Part shown: piece after piece, positions 36,593-51,579 of the stretch
Layout: every line of letters begins with the position of its first letter
Numbering within the stretch: position 1 is the stretch's first letter
NCBI GenBank assembly: GCA_038496445.1
Contig: JALMLS010000577.1
Coordinates: 1 to 64,000 of the forward strand
DNA from: Trichosphaerium sp. ATCC 40318
Lineage: Eukaryota > Protista > Tubulinea
Direction: 5' to 3'
DNA: 64,000 nt
Made by a program: the position numbers and the translations under genes
The notes under the pieces: generated by a model
What the model saw: the letters and a program-made list of their open reading frames with translations, nothing else
Database searches by the model: none
Told to the model about the DNA's origin: nothing

Positions 36593-39091
36593 TTACCAAC
36601 TCGGACTTTTCTTTACGGGAAGTGTTGTTGGGCGTTTTCTTTTTTGATTTCTTTTTTGTCCTTTTGGCAGTCTTGCCAAGCATTTTTTTACATTTGGCTA
36701 TCAATCTATTTGCACTGACATCAACTGCAGCATCATATAAGGTTCGGGCGTTATCAGCATTTACGGCCTACAAACAAAAGTTAGTAACTGAAACTGAAGC
36801 GTAGAACAAATGTTGAAAGAAACAACAAAAATCCTCACCCGTAACAATACGTCTTCTGTCAAGAGTTTTAACTCTTGTAAGAGGTATCTATCGCTAGCTA
36901 TCAACACTTCTAACATATTTCCATCCGTTTGAGTAAGTGTATTAGAGTACAAAAACGTCAAGACGACTACAACAAAAATAAGCTTAGAAAATTATAAACC
37001 ATTTAATACGCGCCTTCAAACACCTCTGGAGAGATGCCATCCATAGTGATTACATTCTGAGAAGATTCACGCATTCCACCGGTTAATAAAGCCTTTATAA
37101 ATTATAAACACGTGTCAACGTCAGATGTTACAAGAGTACCTTGAAATGAGCACTTCTCGCAACAAGAATGCATTTATGAGCATAAAATACTTTTCCGTTT
37201 ACATTGAAGGAAACATCGCTTAGCTCTGTATCACCAAGTAAAGATAAAAAATCACGTGACATCACGTTTGGTTTAACGTGTCTACGCTCTAAAAGTAGCA
37301 TTAAATAGACAACGAGAGAACATTACCAAAGACAGAAAAATACACAGTACCAAAATGAAAGGCATGGACATCATTGCAATTATGCTTCGCTAATCCACCA
37401 AAAACAACCATTTTCTCGTTATACAGTATTGCAGAATGAGATGTACGTGTTATAGGTCTATAACCATCTACTTTCATTATTATCCAAGTCGAGGTTTCTG
37501 TTAGGTTGTGAGTGTTAGAAAAAAAACAAGTATAAAACCGAATTGATGATTTCGTCATACCAAAATCAAACTGAAATATGTTGTTATTTGTTCCACGTTG
37601 AAGCTCTGAGTAACCTTTATAATTATCCATTGTAAGTTGACGTATATTTTATGGGTTTGTTTACCTCCAAATAAATATATTGAATTATTGTATAGGATAG
37701 AAGAATGGCTCCTCAATGATGGGACTGTACCATTAAATTTTATTTTTTGCCATTTCAACGTTTCTAGTTTTAAAACGAGCCAATTAGAGGCTTCCAACAA
37801 ACATTGACCGTACTCATTGATAGCTTAAAAAATGCATCCGTAAAAGTAACACCTGTCCACCCTGAAATAATATACATATCATCACTAGTTAATCGTCTTA
37901 AATTTAAGAAAAAAACAAGAAAAAACTGGTACAGAAAAGAATTTATACAAAGATGACTTACTCTACCATTGTTGCAGAATGGAAGTGACGTGGCGTGATT
38001 TCGAATGTTGTAAGTGTTTGCAACTTAGTCCATGTCATGGTATCTATTGATCATATTACAAGGTAAATAGTTGTAAGCTATTGTCGTACCTAGGTCCAAA
38101 CAATGTGTATCGTTCATGAAAGTTTTTGAAAGTCCAGCTGTAAGTGGTTAGCGAGTTACTCGTTTTCATCGTGTACCAAACACAATAGCACGGTTATTCC
38201 AAATAACAGTACTGTGACCCCACCTAGGTGTTGGTGGATCACCTTGAGGATTTAATTCCTCCCACAAATCAGTGACTATGCCTAAAGCAAAACTAAGAAC
38301 AAAAAAGTTTCCAATCAAAGAAAAACATTTTGAAAAAACTCCCTAGCACACCATCCAAATAATGTCAAGTACGATGTAGTTTCATGTTAAAACAGAAAAT
38401 GGGCCTAGTATTTTCTTGTATAGGTAACACTGGATGAAGCAACCCAAGAGGCCCGAAAAAAAACGCCAAAAGAAGAAACTTGTCTATAAATTTTTTTTTC
38501 AAAATGTCAGAATGTGAAACAACACGTCTATTTTTTGAAGGTTCTGTTTATCATACCGCTTTGCCACCTTTTCAAATTAAACCTCCATAAGTCATTCAAT
38601 TTACCACCTGCTCCAATACCGCCGAAAATGTACATCCAATCCTTTTTAGCTTGATTGTTAATAAAACACTCTCACACGGTTTATTACAACAACGTACATC
38701 ATGTATAAAGGCGCTATGGCTGTGACGTCCAGCTGGAGCCAATTTTCGTTGTGAAAAAGGTAAATGGACTCTAGTCCATTTCGATGATGCTTAGAGCTAC
38801 TGTTATTGGTTTTTACGCGTACAATAAACGTACGAATGTGAAACTCGTATACTTCATTACAATAGTGCCCATTATCTCCGTAACCGCCATAAATAAACAT
38901 CGAATCATTGTATAACTTAGCAGAATGTACTTTTACATATTATCAGCTTCTATTGAGTTATAAAACGTACCATGACGAGGGGAGGGCGTCATACCAACGC
39001 ATGGAATACTTTCCCATGATCTTTGATCAGCGTAATAAACGTTAGCTTCTACGTTTGTCTTGGTGTAGTTTTGTTGTTTTAAAACAGCCAT
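36593..39091 (-). CDS. Kelch-repeat + BTB protein (LZTR1-like)
   Basis: PSPRH, MFIYGGY, PRWGHS, HSSILYNNSIYLFGG; BTB SDVSFNVNGKVFYAHKCILVARS. Confidence 0.88.
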
Positions 39092-40521
39092 TTCGAATAT
39101 ATTACATGCCGTTTGTTGGCAAATCAAAAATATCAGTCACTGAAACACAGTTTAAAAAAACCTAGGCTTAGCGTCTTAAGCCACATGTTAATTTCTTCTT
39201 GTTTTTCCTTCTCTGAAAAGTTGTCTTTTTTGATCTGCCAGCACCCAGAAATTTGTTTAGATCACAACAAACTATGCTATTGTAGATGCTCTTGTTGCGT
39301 TGTATCCAAATGAACATCAAAGGTGTTTCCAATATTGCGCATGCTGTGCCTCCCTCAGTTTACTAGATAGTCGACGTATTAGGCACTGGTAACAAGGGAA
39401 GCCCTTTAAAACTACTTGAAGTGTGCACTGCCACTAAAACAATAGACAGGGTGTTTATAGAGCTTATTACCTAGAATAGAAAGATAATATAGCGTCAGCT
39501 TTTTCAGCGTATTTGTCAAATAAAATGTAGTAAATCTCAACCGCTTTCTGGTGAACACTATGTTGCGCCAAGTCTAAAGGTGGGTAAATTGAGTGGAAGA
39601 GTAAAGCGCTTGAAAGAACTTATTATAGGTCATATGCGATTAAACGGGTTCTGATGTTAAGATTCCTTTTTTTTTCGGGTTAGGTTCCTATTAGGCATTT
39701 ACTACCACATGATTTTATTAAAACTACCATAATTTACTAAGGTACGTCACCTATCGAATAGTTTGTAGTTTTGAAAACTGCGTATGACGCCATTTGTAGT
39801 ATCAGATAAAATAGGTATAAAGTTATCGAAGGCCTTTCTAAAGACCAATACAGCAAGAAAATGCAGAACCCGTAATATAATGATACCCATGTGCACGCTT
39901 GATAACACCCGCAATGGCGTGGGTCGTTCATTGAAAAGGGTTTTTTATCAATTACTATTACAACAACGCGAGGTGAGCTATGAAAATTCGGGTGTATCGT
40001 TTAGGTTTTATAATTATAAATTGTAAACGTTTCATGGCGTAAGAAAGAGTTCACAATTTATTAGTTGATGTGATGAGATTTAATCCCAAAAATATATAAC
40101 AAGGATGGCAACAAGACACAAAAATCCAATGAGAAAACATGTTTGCAGATGGAGATGCAACAAGTTTATTGCCTCTAGAAACACAGCAAATTTTTCTCTT
40201 CACTCAACTTTCCCTTTATCCACAACGTGGTCACACAACAATGTACAAGATCTCAACTTGGAAAAAAAAAATACTTCAAAAACTGCAGAATCAAACTCGT
40301 CTTTATTGTCCGGTGGCATTAAGAAGCGAAGGACGCGCGGGAAGAGTATCAGACAAGCAACTACAACATATGTTTATTTCTCATTTCCAAAGAAAATCAG
40401 TGTTCAAAGCGTAGAGACCATAACAAACCAAACACTATCAAAGATGGAACTCTCGTTCCTGATGAACTAAATGGTAGAAAAGAAATATCTTGTACAATAA
40501 GTTTGTAAATAAAAAGTAATT

Positions 40522-42200
40522 TATTCACGTGGGCCTCTCTCTATCGTACAACACTCTTTATCCACATCTTGGTTGTTAACATAACGATTATCATAATAAT
40601 TTTGGGTACCCTAAACTTCAACACTGCTAACACGACACTAATACTAGATTATGGCATGAACAATACTGTAGCAACCTCATCTATCGATTAACCTTGCCAC
40701 TATCTGAGCTACCACGGAAGTATATTCAGTAGTTTCAATATCAACACCATCATATTGGACACTACAGCGATGTCGCTGCAGGTACTAGCACCTGTTGTAT
40801 CCCTTTTGATGCCAAAATCAACAAATAAAAACTTGAAAACTGCTACCTCAGTTTGACGTTTTTGAACCAAGACGTGGTACCCCATAGCTGCTTCTGAGTA
40901 CTAAATGAATTACATGCCTCAAGAACCGCACCGCTTTGTTTGGCCTAGATTAGCATATTGCTTACTCACATGATGAGTAGGTACAGTGTAGATAACATTG
41001 CGTTATTTGCTACAGAGATGTCTTCAATTGTTTCAATTCACACGCGTTTTAACGTCATCATAAAGAAGCAATGGATGATTATAATCGCCCTCCAGGGCTA
41101 ATTTAACTAGAACTAAGCATCTATACACCACTGCCGAATTGCTTCTTATCCTTGTAGATTTGGTAAAGAGGTTACGAACCTTCTGCGCAGTCGCATGGCG
41201 TAACCGTGTTTTTATGGTAAGCTGTTTTTATTGAAGCAATTTTAAAATACAGGTTAGTGTGTTTCATATTCGCGTAAACGACGCTTTCAAACGCGTAGCG
41301 TAATTGTTGTTCAGCTACACCGCTTCTACAGCCGGCGCACTATTACCAAATGGACAGCTTCTTGGTTAGATTTAAGTGCTCCTCCTCCTTCCAGAAGCCC
41401 TGGAGGGTATGATGTTTGCAATATAGGTGATTTCAACCCGATACGTTTTACCTGAAAGAGGAAAAAACCAAGAATATAGTTTCTTTACGACTCAAGTCAG
41501 AAAAACTTGACGTCAAAGCCTCTTCCAAAAACAAATTAGAGGGAGTGTTTACCAAAAAGTAAATTGCGTTGATACCAATTTATAACAGACACGTGGTAAC
41601 AGAATATTTGGGTCGTAGACAATTCACAAAACCTGAAAGAAAAATTGCATGAAATTCAAAGACAACGACAAGGGTACAAGTGGTGTTTATTGACAATAAA
41701 CCCTGCGTAATTGAATACTAGAACGCACGTGACTTTCTCCCCTATCATCATTACGTACTCACAAGGATACACTAATGGATAGCTTGTAGTTATGTTCACA
41801 AACCATCTCGCAGGTCACTCCGGTGCAATCCCAGCATCGTTTTTCTTCCAGGCAATAAAGATTGAACAAATATGTTACTCAGGCGAGCAAATAAACCCCT
41901 GTGTATTTAAGATACAACTCAACGAAAAAAAAGCTTATTGCACTGTCAATTTGTAACTACGCCTAACAACACGAAGCTCCTGTAAACGACGCACTCCAGG
42001 CAGCTAGAGGGAAACCCATCTAATCAGGTGTTTCCATAGAGTCCAGTTACATACGTGGTGTATGCGGTGAGAGGTGCCCGGTGCTGCTACGTAATTGTAG
42101 AGTAGATACTCCAAGACAGTTGATATGAAACTTAAAAGCCACGAGGGTTGTATCCGTGGGCAAGAATCAATCACTTTAACGGAAGGCAATTCAATAAATA
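40522..42200 (-). CDS. One or two poorly resolved multi-exon genes of unknown function
   Basis: Exon-like segments bounded by GT/AG, e.g. CWDCTGVTCEMVCEHNY and GTQNYYDNRYVNNQDVDKECC; no complete model could be built. Confidence 0.3.
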
Positions 42201-42750
42201 GGTCTTCCTGTTTCTATTTAACTTGTTCAACGAGAAAAATAAAAAAAAAGTGGTTAAGAGTAGTTTGGTAGCATGGTGTAGTAGCTTCAAGTATACGAAG
42301 TATGAGGTAAAAAGCGCTCGTTTTTTTTGAAATAGAAAAATTTGATTGATTTTCGAAAATGAAATTGGCGTTTACTATCTTGCTACCAGCTGCGTATTTC
42401 AAAACGATAATTGGTTACCGGTATTAACACGTTGGAATAAAGCTGTATGAAGCTTCAAGTCAATTTTTTGTAGATTGACAGATAATGAAACAATAAAAAA
42501 GTGAAAATCTATCTTTCAACAAACTGTTCGCTTGACATTTGATTTCACCTTCTGAAAAACCAAACACGTTTTTAAGCTTGTGGTTTTGGAGACTGTATAA
42601 TTTTTATCAAAAGAGAGACTAACAGAACTTGGGTTTTTGGTGTTGTAAGGAAATGTTTTATTTTGTAAGTAGGTTGGGTTGTGTTCGAAGTTTTTTTTTT
42701 TGCCTTTTTCTTTTATGTACAATGGGTTATTTGTTTTAAAAATGTATACC

Positions 42751-44525
42751 TCAAAATGTTTGATCAGTTTCCATAAGATAAACAGCTGAACGGTTATCTT
42801 CAGCACCAATTATGAAAGCTTTCCAGTCTCTAAAGTATCACGTTATTATAATAATTCAAGAAGGAACAAACAACAAGAATATAACGTACTTTCTAACAGA
42901 CATTGAGAAGATAGGCATTGTACTGCATTGCCATGTCCTCACACATGCATCTTCTAGGCGTGTATCCCACATATGTACTGATCCAGATACATGAGAAGTC
43001 TAGAGGAGAAAATAACGGTAAGTGAGAGAAACCTAAGACAAGGCAAAGTAGCGGTTCTTACCAACAATAGTGCTTGATTTGGGTGAGAAAAAATATGGTT
43101 TGCAGCTGGACCTTCCTTTTGAATTTGCCTTCTTAGTGACTTTGTGTTAAGATCCCAAACAGCAACAATACCATCAGTACTACAACTAGCAATACCACCC
43201 AAAGGCCCACTTAGCGAACAGAGACCTTCAACAGCTGCTTTATGCAAAGGAAGCTTTCCAAGAGCCTTCAAAAAAAAGTAAGAAAAAAAAAAATTTACTT
43301 TACTCATGTCAACTTTTTCTATATCACGTGATAGAAATAATTCTGTTATCAAAAAAAACAACTTTTCATTTACCTTTCCAGTTTGTGCATTAGATAATGC
43401 AATACCTCCATCAGTATCACCAGTGACAAACACATTTTGGTCAGGGTAACGCATCATACTTACAATTGGAGCTTTGTTGAAAAGATGTCCTCTTATAGTA
43501 TGAACACACTCTGCCTCCATAGGTTTCCATACTTTAATAGTAGCATCTAGAGAGCATGTAATGATACGCTTTCCGTTTGTTGAAAATAAGGCTTTAGTGA
43601 TAGTATCAGCATGTCCGAAATAATGTTTCATTACTTTCGATTTTTCAGCATTAATCAAAAATCCTGTTCCGTCTTCAGTTCCTGCGAACACAACATTGCC
43701 TTTAGCATGCCATGTCATGCACTATATAGGTAGAACTATTAATATACACCACGTGTATTTGAAATAAATCACGTGATATTACTTACCTCAACAGATTCTT
43801 CCAACTCAACAGTTGTTGATGTTTTTTCATTAGTGTTGATTAACACAATTTTACCATCAAGCCCACCGGATGCCAAGAACTTTCCATCATTTGAAAACGC
43901 CATACTGTTGATAGAATCAGTATGTGTTGATACTTTGAAAGGTTCTGATGTATCATCGATAATATCCCAAAGAGCAACAAGCTCATCTTCAGAAAACTGT
44001 GAGCAAACAAAGCCAATAAAAAAGCAGACTCAAAATGATTTGGTTCAAACATTTGTTACAAAAAAGAGAACGGATTTCTAAACGCTTTGTTACGCTACGT
44101 ACCACCTCCACCAGTACAACACATGCCTTCTTTTGCGTCATTAAATGCAGTAGCATAAACAGCGTCTATTATGCGTTAGAAATTATATTCTCGCGGTTTT
44201 TAATATTTTTTAAAGCGTTTTAACGATGTTAACGGTTTTTGAACCTGTATGTAAGACTAAGTCCCTAAAAGGCTTGTCTGATGCTACAGCGTCTTTAACT
44301 ACTTGGAATGAGGCGTCTCCCTCGTCCTCACTGTCGCTTCCGTCTTCAATTACTGGTTCATCTACAATTCTCAATATTACAACCGTTTTTACATCAACAA
44401 ACCTCCTTCTAGGATGATTTCACTAACAATGTCCTTTTCATCAAGAAATGCCTCTTCAGGTTCATCAAAGTTGTCGTCCTTCGTACGGTTAGTAAAAATA
44501 ACGACGTTACGTATCGTACAGCCAT
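42751..44525 (-). CDS. AAMP: WD40 protein, AAMP/Sqt1 family (uL16 chaperone)
   Basis: Acidic N-terminus; ASGGLDG, MTWHAKGNVVFAGTEDG, GHADTIT, TCSLDATIKVW. Confidence 0.8.
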
Positions 44526-44640
44526 TTCGAGTTATTGAGGTATTGGAGTTTTATGCGGAGGCCGATAAAAAAGCGAACCGAAAAAAAGTCGGAGAATAAA
44601 ATTCAATACAATTCTATACTTTACGAATAAGTAAACCGGC

Positions 44641-45770
44641 ATGCAGACGCTGTTAATACTCGTATTGACGCTTCTCATCAGCTGTTCAGTCACTAGTGAT
44701 GTATGTGAATACCTGTCAGGAACTTCTGGCAGAATAACACGTTCTAACGTTGAACCATTCCAATGCTTCGTTATAAAGCCCGAAACAAATGAAGGGAAGA
44801 TACACACCAGTTTAACTCTAGCCCTAAGTACCTAAGACTCAACAACTCTTCTACACGTTAATAATTCCGCAGACACATCCTTTGTAGCTTCTGGTCAACT
44901 AGTTAATGTCCGCTCTGGCTCCACGCACGTCTAATTTTACAATAGCGCATTTTGTTTTTCTTTACGTTCCTACCATTGTTTTGAGCGTATTGCGAAATAA
45001 AAAACAAACTCTAACTTAAAATAGAGCGTATGAATACGAATTGCCTTTAATTAGCGTAAACAACGCATCAAGCACATCTCAGATTGGTGAATCGCTGATA
45101 GGCACTTATTTATTCATTTCTGTTGAAGGACCAGAGAACAGCCAACCTATTTCTTTTAGCTTTGAATGGACGCCTAAAACAAGTGAGTTTTTTTGATTGT
45201 AACCAAAAAAAAACCGACTTTCGACAGTTTGAGAAAAAAAACCCCTTCTTCCTCCTTATGTGATACAAATATATGGCTAATATTTATATCGTAGATGGAC
45301 TAGAATCACTAGATTCTCTTGCTTTATTGACAGGCATAATATTGGCTATGGCTTTTCCTATGGGCGTTTTGATTATTTTTAAATGTGTCATTTTATTCGC
45401 TAATGATGATGCTCCAAAAATTGTTGTTGATCAGTCTACAAGACAGACTTTATTCGTTTTTACTAGTTCAGGCACGTGACAATTGGAAAAAAAATGAAAT
45501 TTCGGATTATATACGAGCTAACACTCCATTGGTCACTATTTTTTTTGCTCTTTTTTTTTTGTTTTGTTGTTCTAACAAGTGTTTGCTTAGGTTTTGGGTT
45601 GTTTCTCTTGTTGATCTTTTTACTTGGTGTTATACCACTAGATTCTTACTAGTAAGAGAATAACCTTTTGACGAGATAGCCTTGTATAGAAGGTCGTATA
45701 GTGACGTTAGTGATGCAACCTGTTGTATTGTAAATAAAAGTCGGTTGTACATCTATTGCACTACCTTAAA
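44641..45770 (+). CDS. Secreted/membrane protein, unknown function
   Basis: Signal peptide MQTLLILVLTLLISCSVTS; several exons; two hydrophobic segments near the C-terminus. Confidence 0.55.
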
Positions 45771-45967
45771 CGGGAGCCTCTTGGAGGCTTTAACTGAAAG
45801 AGGAGGTTGGTAAATATTGGTTTATTATGATCTTAAAACTTGGATATTCATAAAATGAAAAATATCCAATACATGGTTTTTTTTTAATAACTACTTGCAA
45901 AAAAAAAATGTTCGTGGGTGGTTGCACTGCACAGCATTTTGTTTTTTGAATGAATTTTTATATTCAT

Positions 45968-47720
45968 TTACTTTTTCATTGCTTCGAGCATTGTTTGACC
46001 AAGACGAGCTGGTGAAGGAGAGATTATAGCGCCTAGGTAAAGAAAAACGTGTTAATGGCAAAAAAATAGAAATTTTCAAATGAAATAATGTTCAAGCGTA
46101 CCAGCGTCTTCCAAAGCCTTGATTTTATCTTCAGCACCTCCTTTACCTCCGGCGATAATAGCGCCAGCATGTCCTAGGTTCAGAAGTTAGATACAGATAC
46201 TGAGAAAAAAAAGTAATTCGACATAAAAAAATATAGTCATTGGAGTTACTTACCCATTCTTCTGCCTGGTGGTGCAGTAAGACCGGCAATGAAAGAAACA
46301 ATTGGTTTCGTAGTGCCAGATTGCTTGATAAATTCAGCAGCAGCTTCTTCAGCGGAACCACCAATCTCACCAATAAGAATAATACCTAAAACAACCATTA
46401 ACTACAGCAAAAAAAAAATCGTTGGAGCTACTGTCAGGTAAAATTTTTTGGCTTGTGCTCAAAGACATAGCGTGGACTGCTTTGGGTTTCTTACCTTCTG
46501 TTTCTTCGTGGTCAAGGAATAATTTTAGGCAGTCAATAAAGTCAGTGCCGTTAAATGGATCACCACCAATACCAATACATACAGATTGACCCAATCCAAC
46601 GTTTGTTGTTTGTCCAACAGCCTCATAAGTGAGTGTACCTGATCTTGATACAATACCTACAAGCACAACAGTAAGTAAAATTTAAAATCCAAGGGAACAA
46701 CGTCTTGAATGTAAGTCGAAAAAAAAAAACTAAAAATCTATTTCTTTTTTCTTTTTTGTTGAATGAACTTTTGAGCGTTTATTGACGTACCAATCTTTCC
46801 TGGTTTGTGGATGTGTCCAGGCATGATACCAATTTTACATTCACCTGGTTTGATGATACCTAGCGCGTACGTAAGCAAGAGACCAATTGATTTATAAAAA
46901 CCAGACATTTTCCTTATTGACGTGCCTGGGCAGTTAGGTCCGATCAAACGAGTTTTGTTCTGCTGCAATAGTTTTCTCTTAACACGAACCATGTCCTACA
47001 GAGGCTTTAGGCCGTATTTCAAACGGTTTTTTTTCTCCGCACCTGTTGAGGGATACCTTCAGTAATGGCAATGACCAACTCGACTTCAGCGTCAATGGCT
47101 TCTTCCAAGGCAGCTATAGGCGTTTAAGACTAATTCACTCGCTTTTGTTTTGAAAAATTTGTGGCAATTTATCACGTACAGGCTGCGAATGCTGGTGGTA
47201 CGTAAACGACAGAAGCTGTGGCACCTGTTTGTTCTTTTGCCTATCGTTAATTTATTAGTCTCCTAGTGTCCGTTGTTGCTTCTATGGGTTGTACCTCTTT
47301 CACGCTTGCAAAGACAGGCTTTTCTAAGTGTGTTTGTCCAGCTTTTTTTGGGGAGACACCTCCTACAACCTGGGTGCCATATTCTATCATTTGGGAGCCA
47401 TGGAAAGTACCCTAACAAACTATTAAGAAAAAGTTTCGTCCAGAGCTCACAAAATCACGCGTTGAAGCGACGAGCTATTAAATCAAGTGGCAGTGGTATT
47501 AAAAAGATTTGAAATGATCAGTGAGAACGCTTTTTCTCGCTCAGGTACGTACTTGTTTACCAGTAAATCCTTGAATAATGACCTTTGTGTTTTTATCAAC
47601 CCATGATGGGCTTGTAGACTTCCAAGTTGATTGGGCACAGTACTTTCGTACTGGCGCTTTCTTGGCTGTGGTTGTGCGTTGGAGAGACGATCGCAGAGGT
47701 TGGCAAACGCGGCTGAGCAT
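45968..47720 (-). CDS. SUCLG1: Succinyl-CoA ligase alpha subunit, mitochondrial
   Basis: [58 protein letters not shown]. Confidence 0.97.
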
Positions 47721-47830
47721 TTTTAATCCTTTAACAAAAAAACCAGAGAAAAATTTTTCGGATTTGACTTGATGTGACCTTTTACGTTGCCTTGCAGTTC
47801 GTCATCAGTTCGTCATCACACGCTAATCAA

Positions 47831-48801
47831 ATGTCAAAGTTCACTCTTTACTCATCACCAGGTTCTAACTACGCAGCGCGCGTACGTTACTTTGTCTACG
47901 CAAAGAATCTTGAGGATAAATTTGACATTAAGAAGCCAAAAGACACAAAAGTACGAAGAGACGTTCTATTTGATCAAATGCTAACAAAAAAACAGACGGA
48001 GGAATACTTAAAGCTTAATCCTCTTGGTAAAGTACCTGTTCTTGTTCTACCGAACGGTGAAGATGCTATTTATGAGTCTCATGCGATTACAGATTACATT
48101 GAAGCTATTGTACGAAAAGTTTTTCATTATTTCCAGAAAAAAAATAAGTTGACGTGCATTTTAGTTTCCTGAGCCTTCTCTCTTCCCAAAAGAACCATTA
48201 GCAAGAGCACAGGTCCTTGAATTTATTCGCATGCAAGATATTTGTACGTAGTACAAAATTATCTCATATAAGGCTTCCACGTGGAGCATCAAGTCCAAGC
48301 TATTTTTTTTTCTGAAAAAACTTGAGTCGTTTTGGTTACTTATTTTTTTGGCGTCTAGACTGTGGTGATACATTCATTTACAATGCCGTTTTTGCAAAGG
48401 AAGTTGCACCAGCAGTAAAGGCTAGGTGCTTAGCACAATTAGAGAAGACTTTAGATTGCTATGAAAAGACAATCAAAGGACCTTATGTATTGGGTTCAGT
48501 AAAGACTGCAGCAGGTATGTTTTTTTTTTAAGTCTTGTGTTCGTCAAATTGTTGAGTTATTGCATAGATATCTTTCTAGCTCCAACTTTTGTATACTTCG
48601 CAAACTACAGTGACCGTTTGACAACACCTGTTTTCAAGAACAGACCTGGTTTGAAGGCTTGGGTAAGAGCAAAATAAGAAGAATTTTATTTTTTTTTTTT
48701 CAACGTTCGCAGTACTGTCATACTAATACTTTGTTTTGTAGTGGGATGTTATGCAAAAGGATGAAATATTTCAACGCATAGTAAAAGAAATGACATCATA
48801 G
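47831..48801 (+). CDS. Glutathione S-transferase
   Basis: LYSSPGSNYAARVR, EYLKLNPLGKVPVL, IYESHAITDYI, GPYVLG..TAAD. Confidence 0.9.
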
Positions 48802-49052
48802 GTTGTAATTAAAAGCAAAGAGCTTCCACAATAAACGTTAGTTGTCAACACTACAGTCTACTTAAAATTTTAACTTGGTGCACAAAATGTGGATTTGTTT
48901 TTACAGCTTCAGCTGCCTTTTGAAGGGTTTTGTAACTTGTCGCTTGTTAATCGATTACAGACTCCAGTACCATAAGTTGTTATGGTATGTGGATGATCTA
49001 TTGTGCACTGCGATAAGAACAAAAGGATTAAGGTTGGTTAATTTTATTATGA

Positions 49053-50329
49053 TTACAAGCTGGCCTTAGCGTCCACATCTAGTCCTTTAAACAAGTCATC
49101 AAAGTCTTCTTTGGATTCTGGTGTAGGCCCATCTTTGCTGATTATTTCAAAGGTAGTTCTGTTCGTCTCTTGTCTTGTCAAAGCTAAAATTAAAGAAAAG
49201 TTAGAAACGTTGTCAACCGTACAGAACCTATTACCTTCAATACAAACAGATGCAACATCTTCTCTTGAAATAGAACCAGAAGTGTTATCGCCTTGGTCTA
49301 TTTGTATATTCTTACTACCAAGCTTATCTACAAGACCACCTGGGCGGACAATGGTGTAATTCAGTCCACAACTTCGAAGGTATTGTTCACCTATTCAATC
49401 AAACTATTAATAAACTTCCATATCATCCAAGAGGCTGTACCTATCCTCTTGGCGCTCATAACACCGCCTACCATTGTTTGTAGTAGTATATAAACCACAG
49501 AATACGGCCTAAACGTCAGATCTCAGTAAACAGTAACAACTATGAGATGGATTACCTTGTAACAAACATGGAACTAACTAACAGAAATCTTCCATCAAAC
49601 TCTTGTCGTTTCAACTCATCGGCGACATTCTATCACGTGTTCAGTAAAAATAAAAAGTCTTACAGAGATTTTCTTACCTTTACACCCATATAATCAACGT
49701 AATAAGGCGCACGGCGATTAAACCAGTCTAAAGCGGATCAGAATAAAAAAAAACCCAAAACCGCCTAGCGCGGTTCACAAAATCCAAAAGTGATATCGTT
49801 GACGATATTCTGGTACTTGTATTGTACAAAAAATGGCCATGGGAAGGCAAATCTTAACGTACTTGTCATGTAGAAGTATGACTTTCCACTAGCTGTGTAA
49901 ATACAATGCCTTGGGTTGTTTAGAAAGGGCAAGCTAGCAAAACGCACGGAATAATTCTCCGTTTAAATAAAAACGTACTGTACGTTCTTGGACGCTTGTT
50001 TTATTGATTCTATGTTACTCACATCGCCCTTACAGAATTGTAAACGTTTATCCGACCAAACGGTTTCTATGTACCTCAATAAGCTCACAATCGTCTCCAA
50101 GGAGCTCAGAAGCTCTTGTTTTATCACTCACTAATGCTCGTACAGAATACTGTTGAGCTTGAAGCTAGTAATACGTTAATAAGCCTACAAATAGCGCTGA
50201 AACAAACCTTGGCTACAAGAAGACGTCCTAAACCGCCTAAAATGAAGAACGTCAGAATAAACATCTTCTATTAGCACAACCTGTAGCTCCAACCACCAGA
50301 ACGACGTTTCTTTGATTTGATTCAGCCAT
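49053..50329 (-). CDS. NAD(P)H-binding Rossmann-fold protein (atypical SDR, Tic62/NmrA-like)
   Basis: VLVVGATGGLGR, YSVRALV, YTIVRPGGLVD, GSISREDVASVC. Confidence 0.8.
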
Positions 50330-51579
50330 ACGACAAATGTGTCAACACAGCTTTTTGTTTTTCTTTTCTTGGTCAACATTTCATTTTACTTCGTTTCAAC
50401 GTCGTTGACGTGCGCCATTTAGCGCACTGGAGCAATTGTGTAGGTTCTTCTTTGCGTTACTGTCAGAATAAAGCCGTAACATTTCTTGTGTACTTTACCA
50501 GGGCTAAACAACCCTGGTTGAGGGATTGAGGAACTCCACTTTGTATCTTGAACAAGCTCAGCTGAAGACGGAAAAATACACGTGATATTTCCTTATTTGC
50601 CCTCAGCACAGCTGGTATCGCCTGTAAACTTATGGCGTACACCGGCTATTTAGTGTTACAGAATACAAGAATTGCCAAAGCGTTTAAAAGTGATTGAAGG
50701 GCTCCTCATACAATACAATAGTTGGCTTCTTGATTTGTTTTATGAACTATTATTTTAGGTTTTTTACATACAATCACATACATTGAATGGAATGTAAGTA
50801 ACCCAGCAGGAGTTCAATTACGGTGTATATCACGTGACTGAATACACTCATCCAGCGAGCAAAGTGGCGGCGGTTGAGAACCGAAAGAGCAACGGAACTT
50901 ATGTACGTAGCATGGGGTGACCCCATACTGTAATGGCGTCCTTTTTTCAAATGCCACTCCACCTCACTTTCTCATCTTGGTACTACACCATGCCAATTGC
51001 TTTAAAAACATGTCAAAAACTAAAAAAGTGAATTGTCCATTTTAGTTCTTTTTCTGCCAGGTGTAGCCATCGAAAACATGTCTAATTTCCCGCTGGATTC
51101 ACATATGCGATGTCGCGACAATAATAGCTACCACTGCGTTATCATCTCGCCTGTGTTCTATAGCGGCGTTTAAATTTCTACGCTGTATTCTTACGTCACC
51201 AAACTTTTTATCTCCAAGGACGTCAAAGTCATCTACAAGATGTTTAGAACGTTTTGTTTGCTTTTCAGTCAATCTTTTGTGCGTCTTTTGAAAAAGCCGC
51301 TAAAACAGATTACAACTTACGTATAAACTCGCTCTTCCAAGACACTAACCCTAAACAGTGCTATGAGACTTCGCTAGCGGTACGCAGCACGTGTGAAACA
51401 ATGTAAAATTTTTAAAACAAAAACTCACTGTCCGAAAAACCGCAGTATTTGCTTAGAACACTCACTGTCACCACCGCTAGCTATGTACCTCGGGATGTAC
51501 TTCCGGAAAACAGCCAATGTGATACGAAAAACACACATAAAAATACCTCGACACAACCAACACAACTAGTGCGCTCGTT

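Noticed and set aside
50750-51300. Possible small minus-strand gene
   Set aside because: Splice-like signals are present but no consistent stop-free model or motif could be built.
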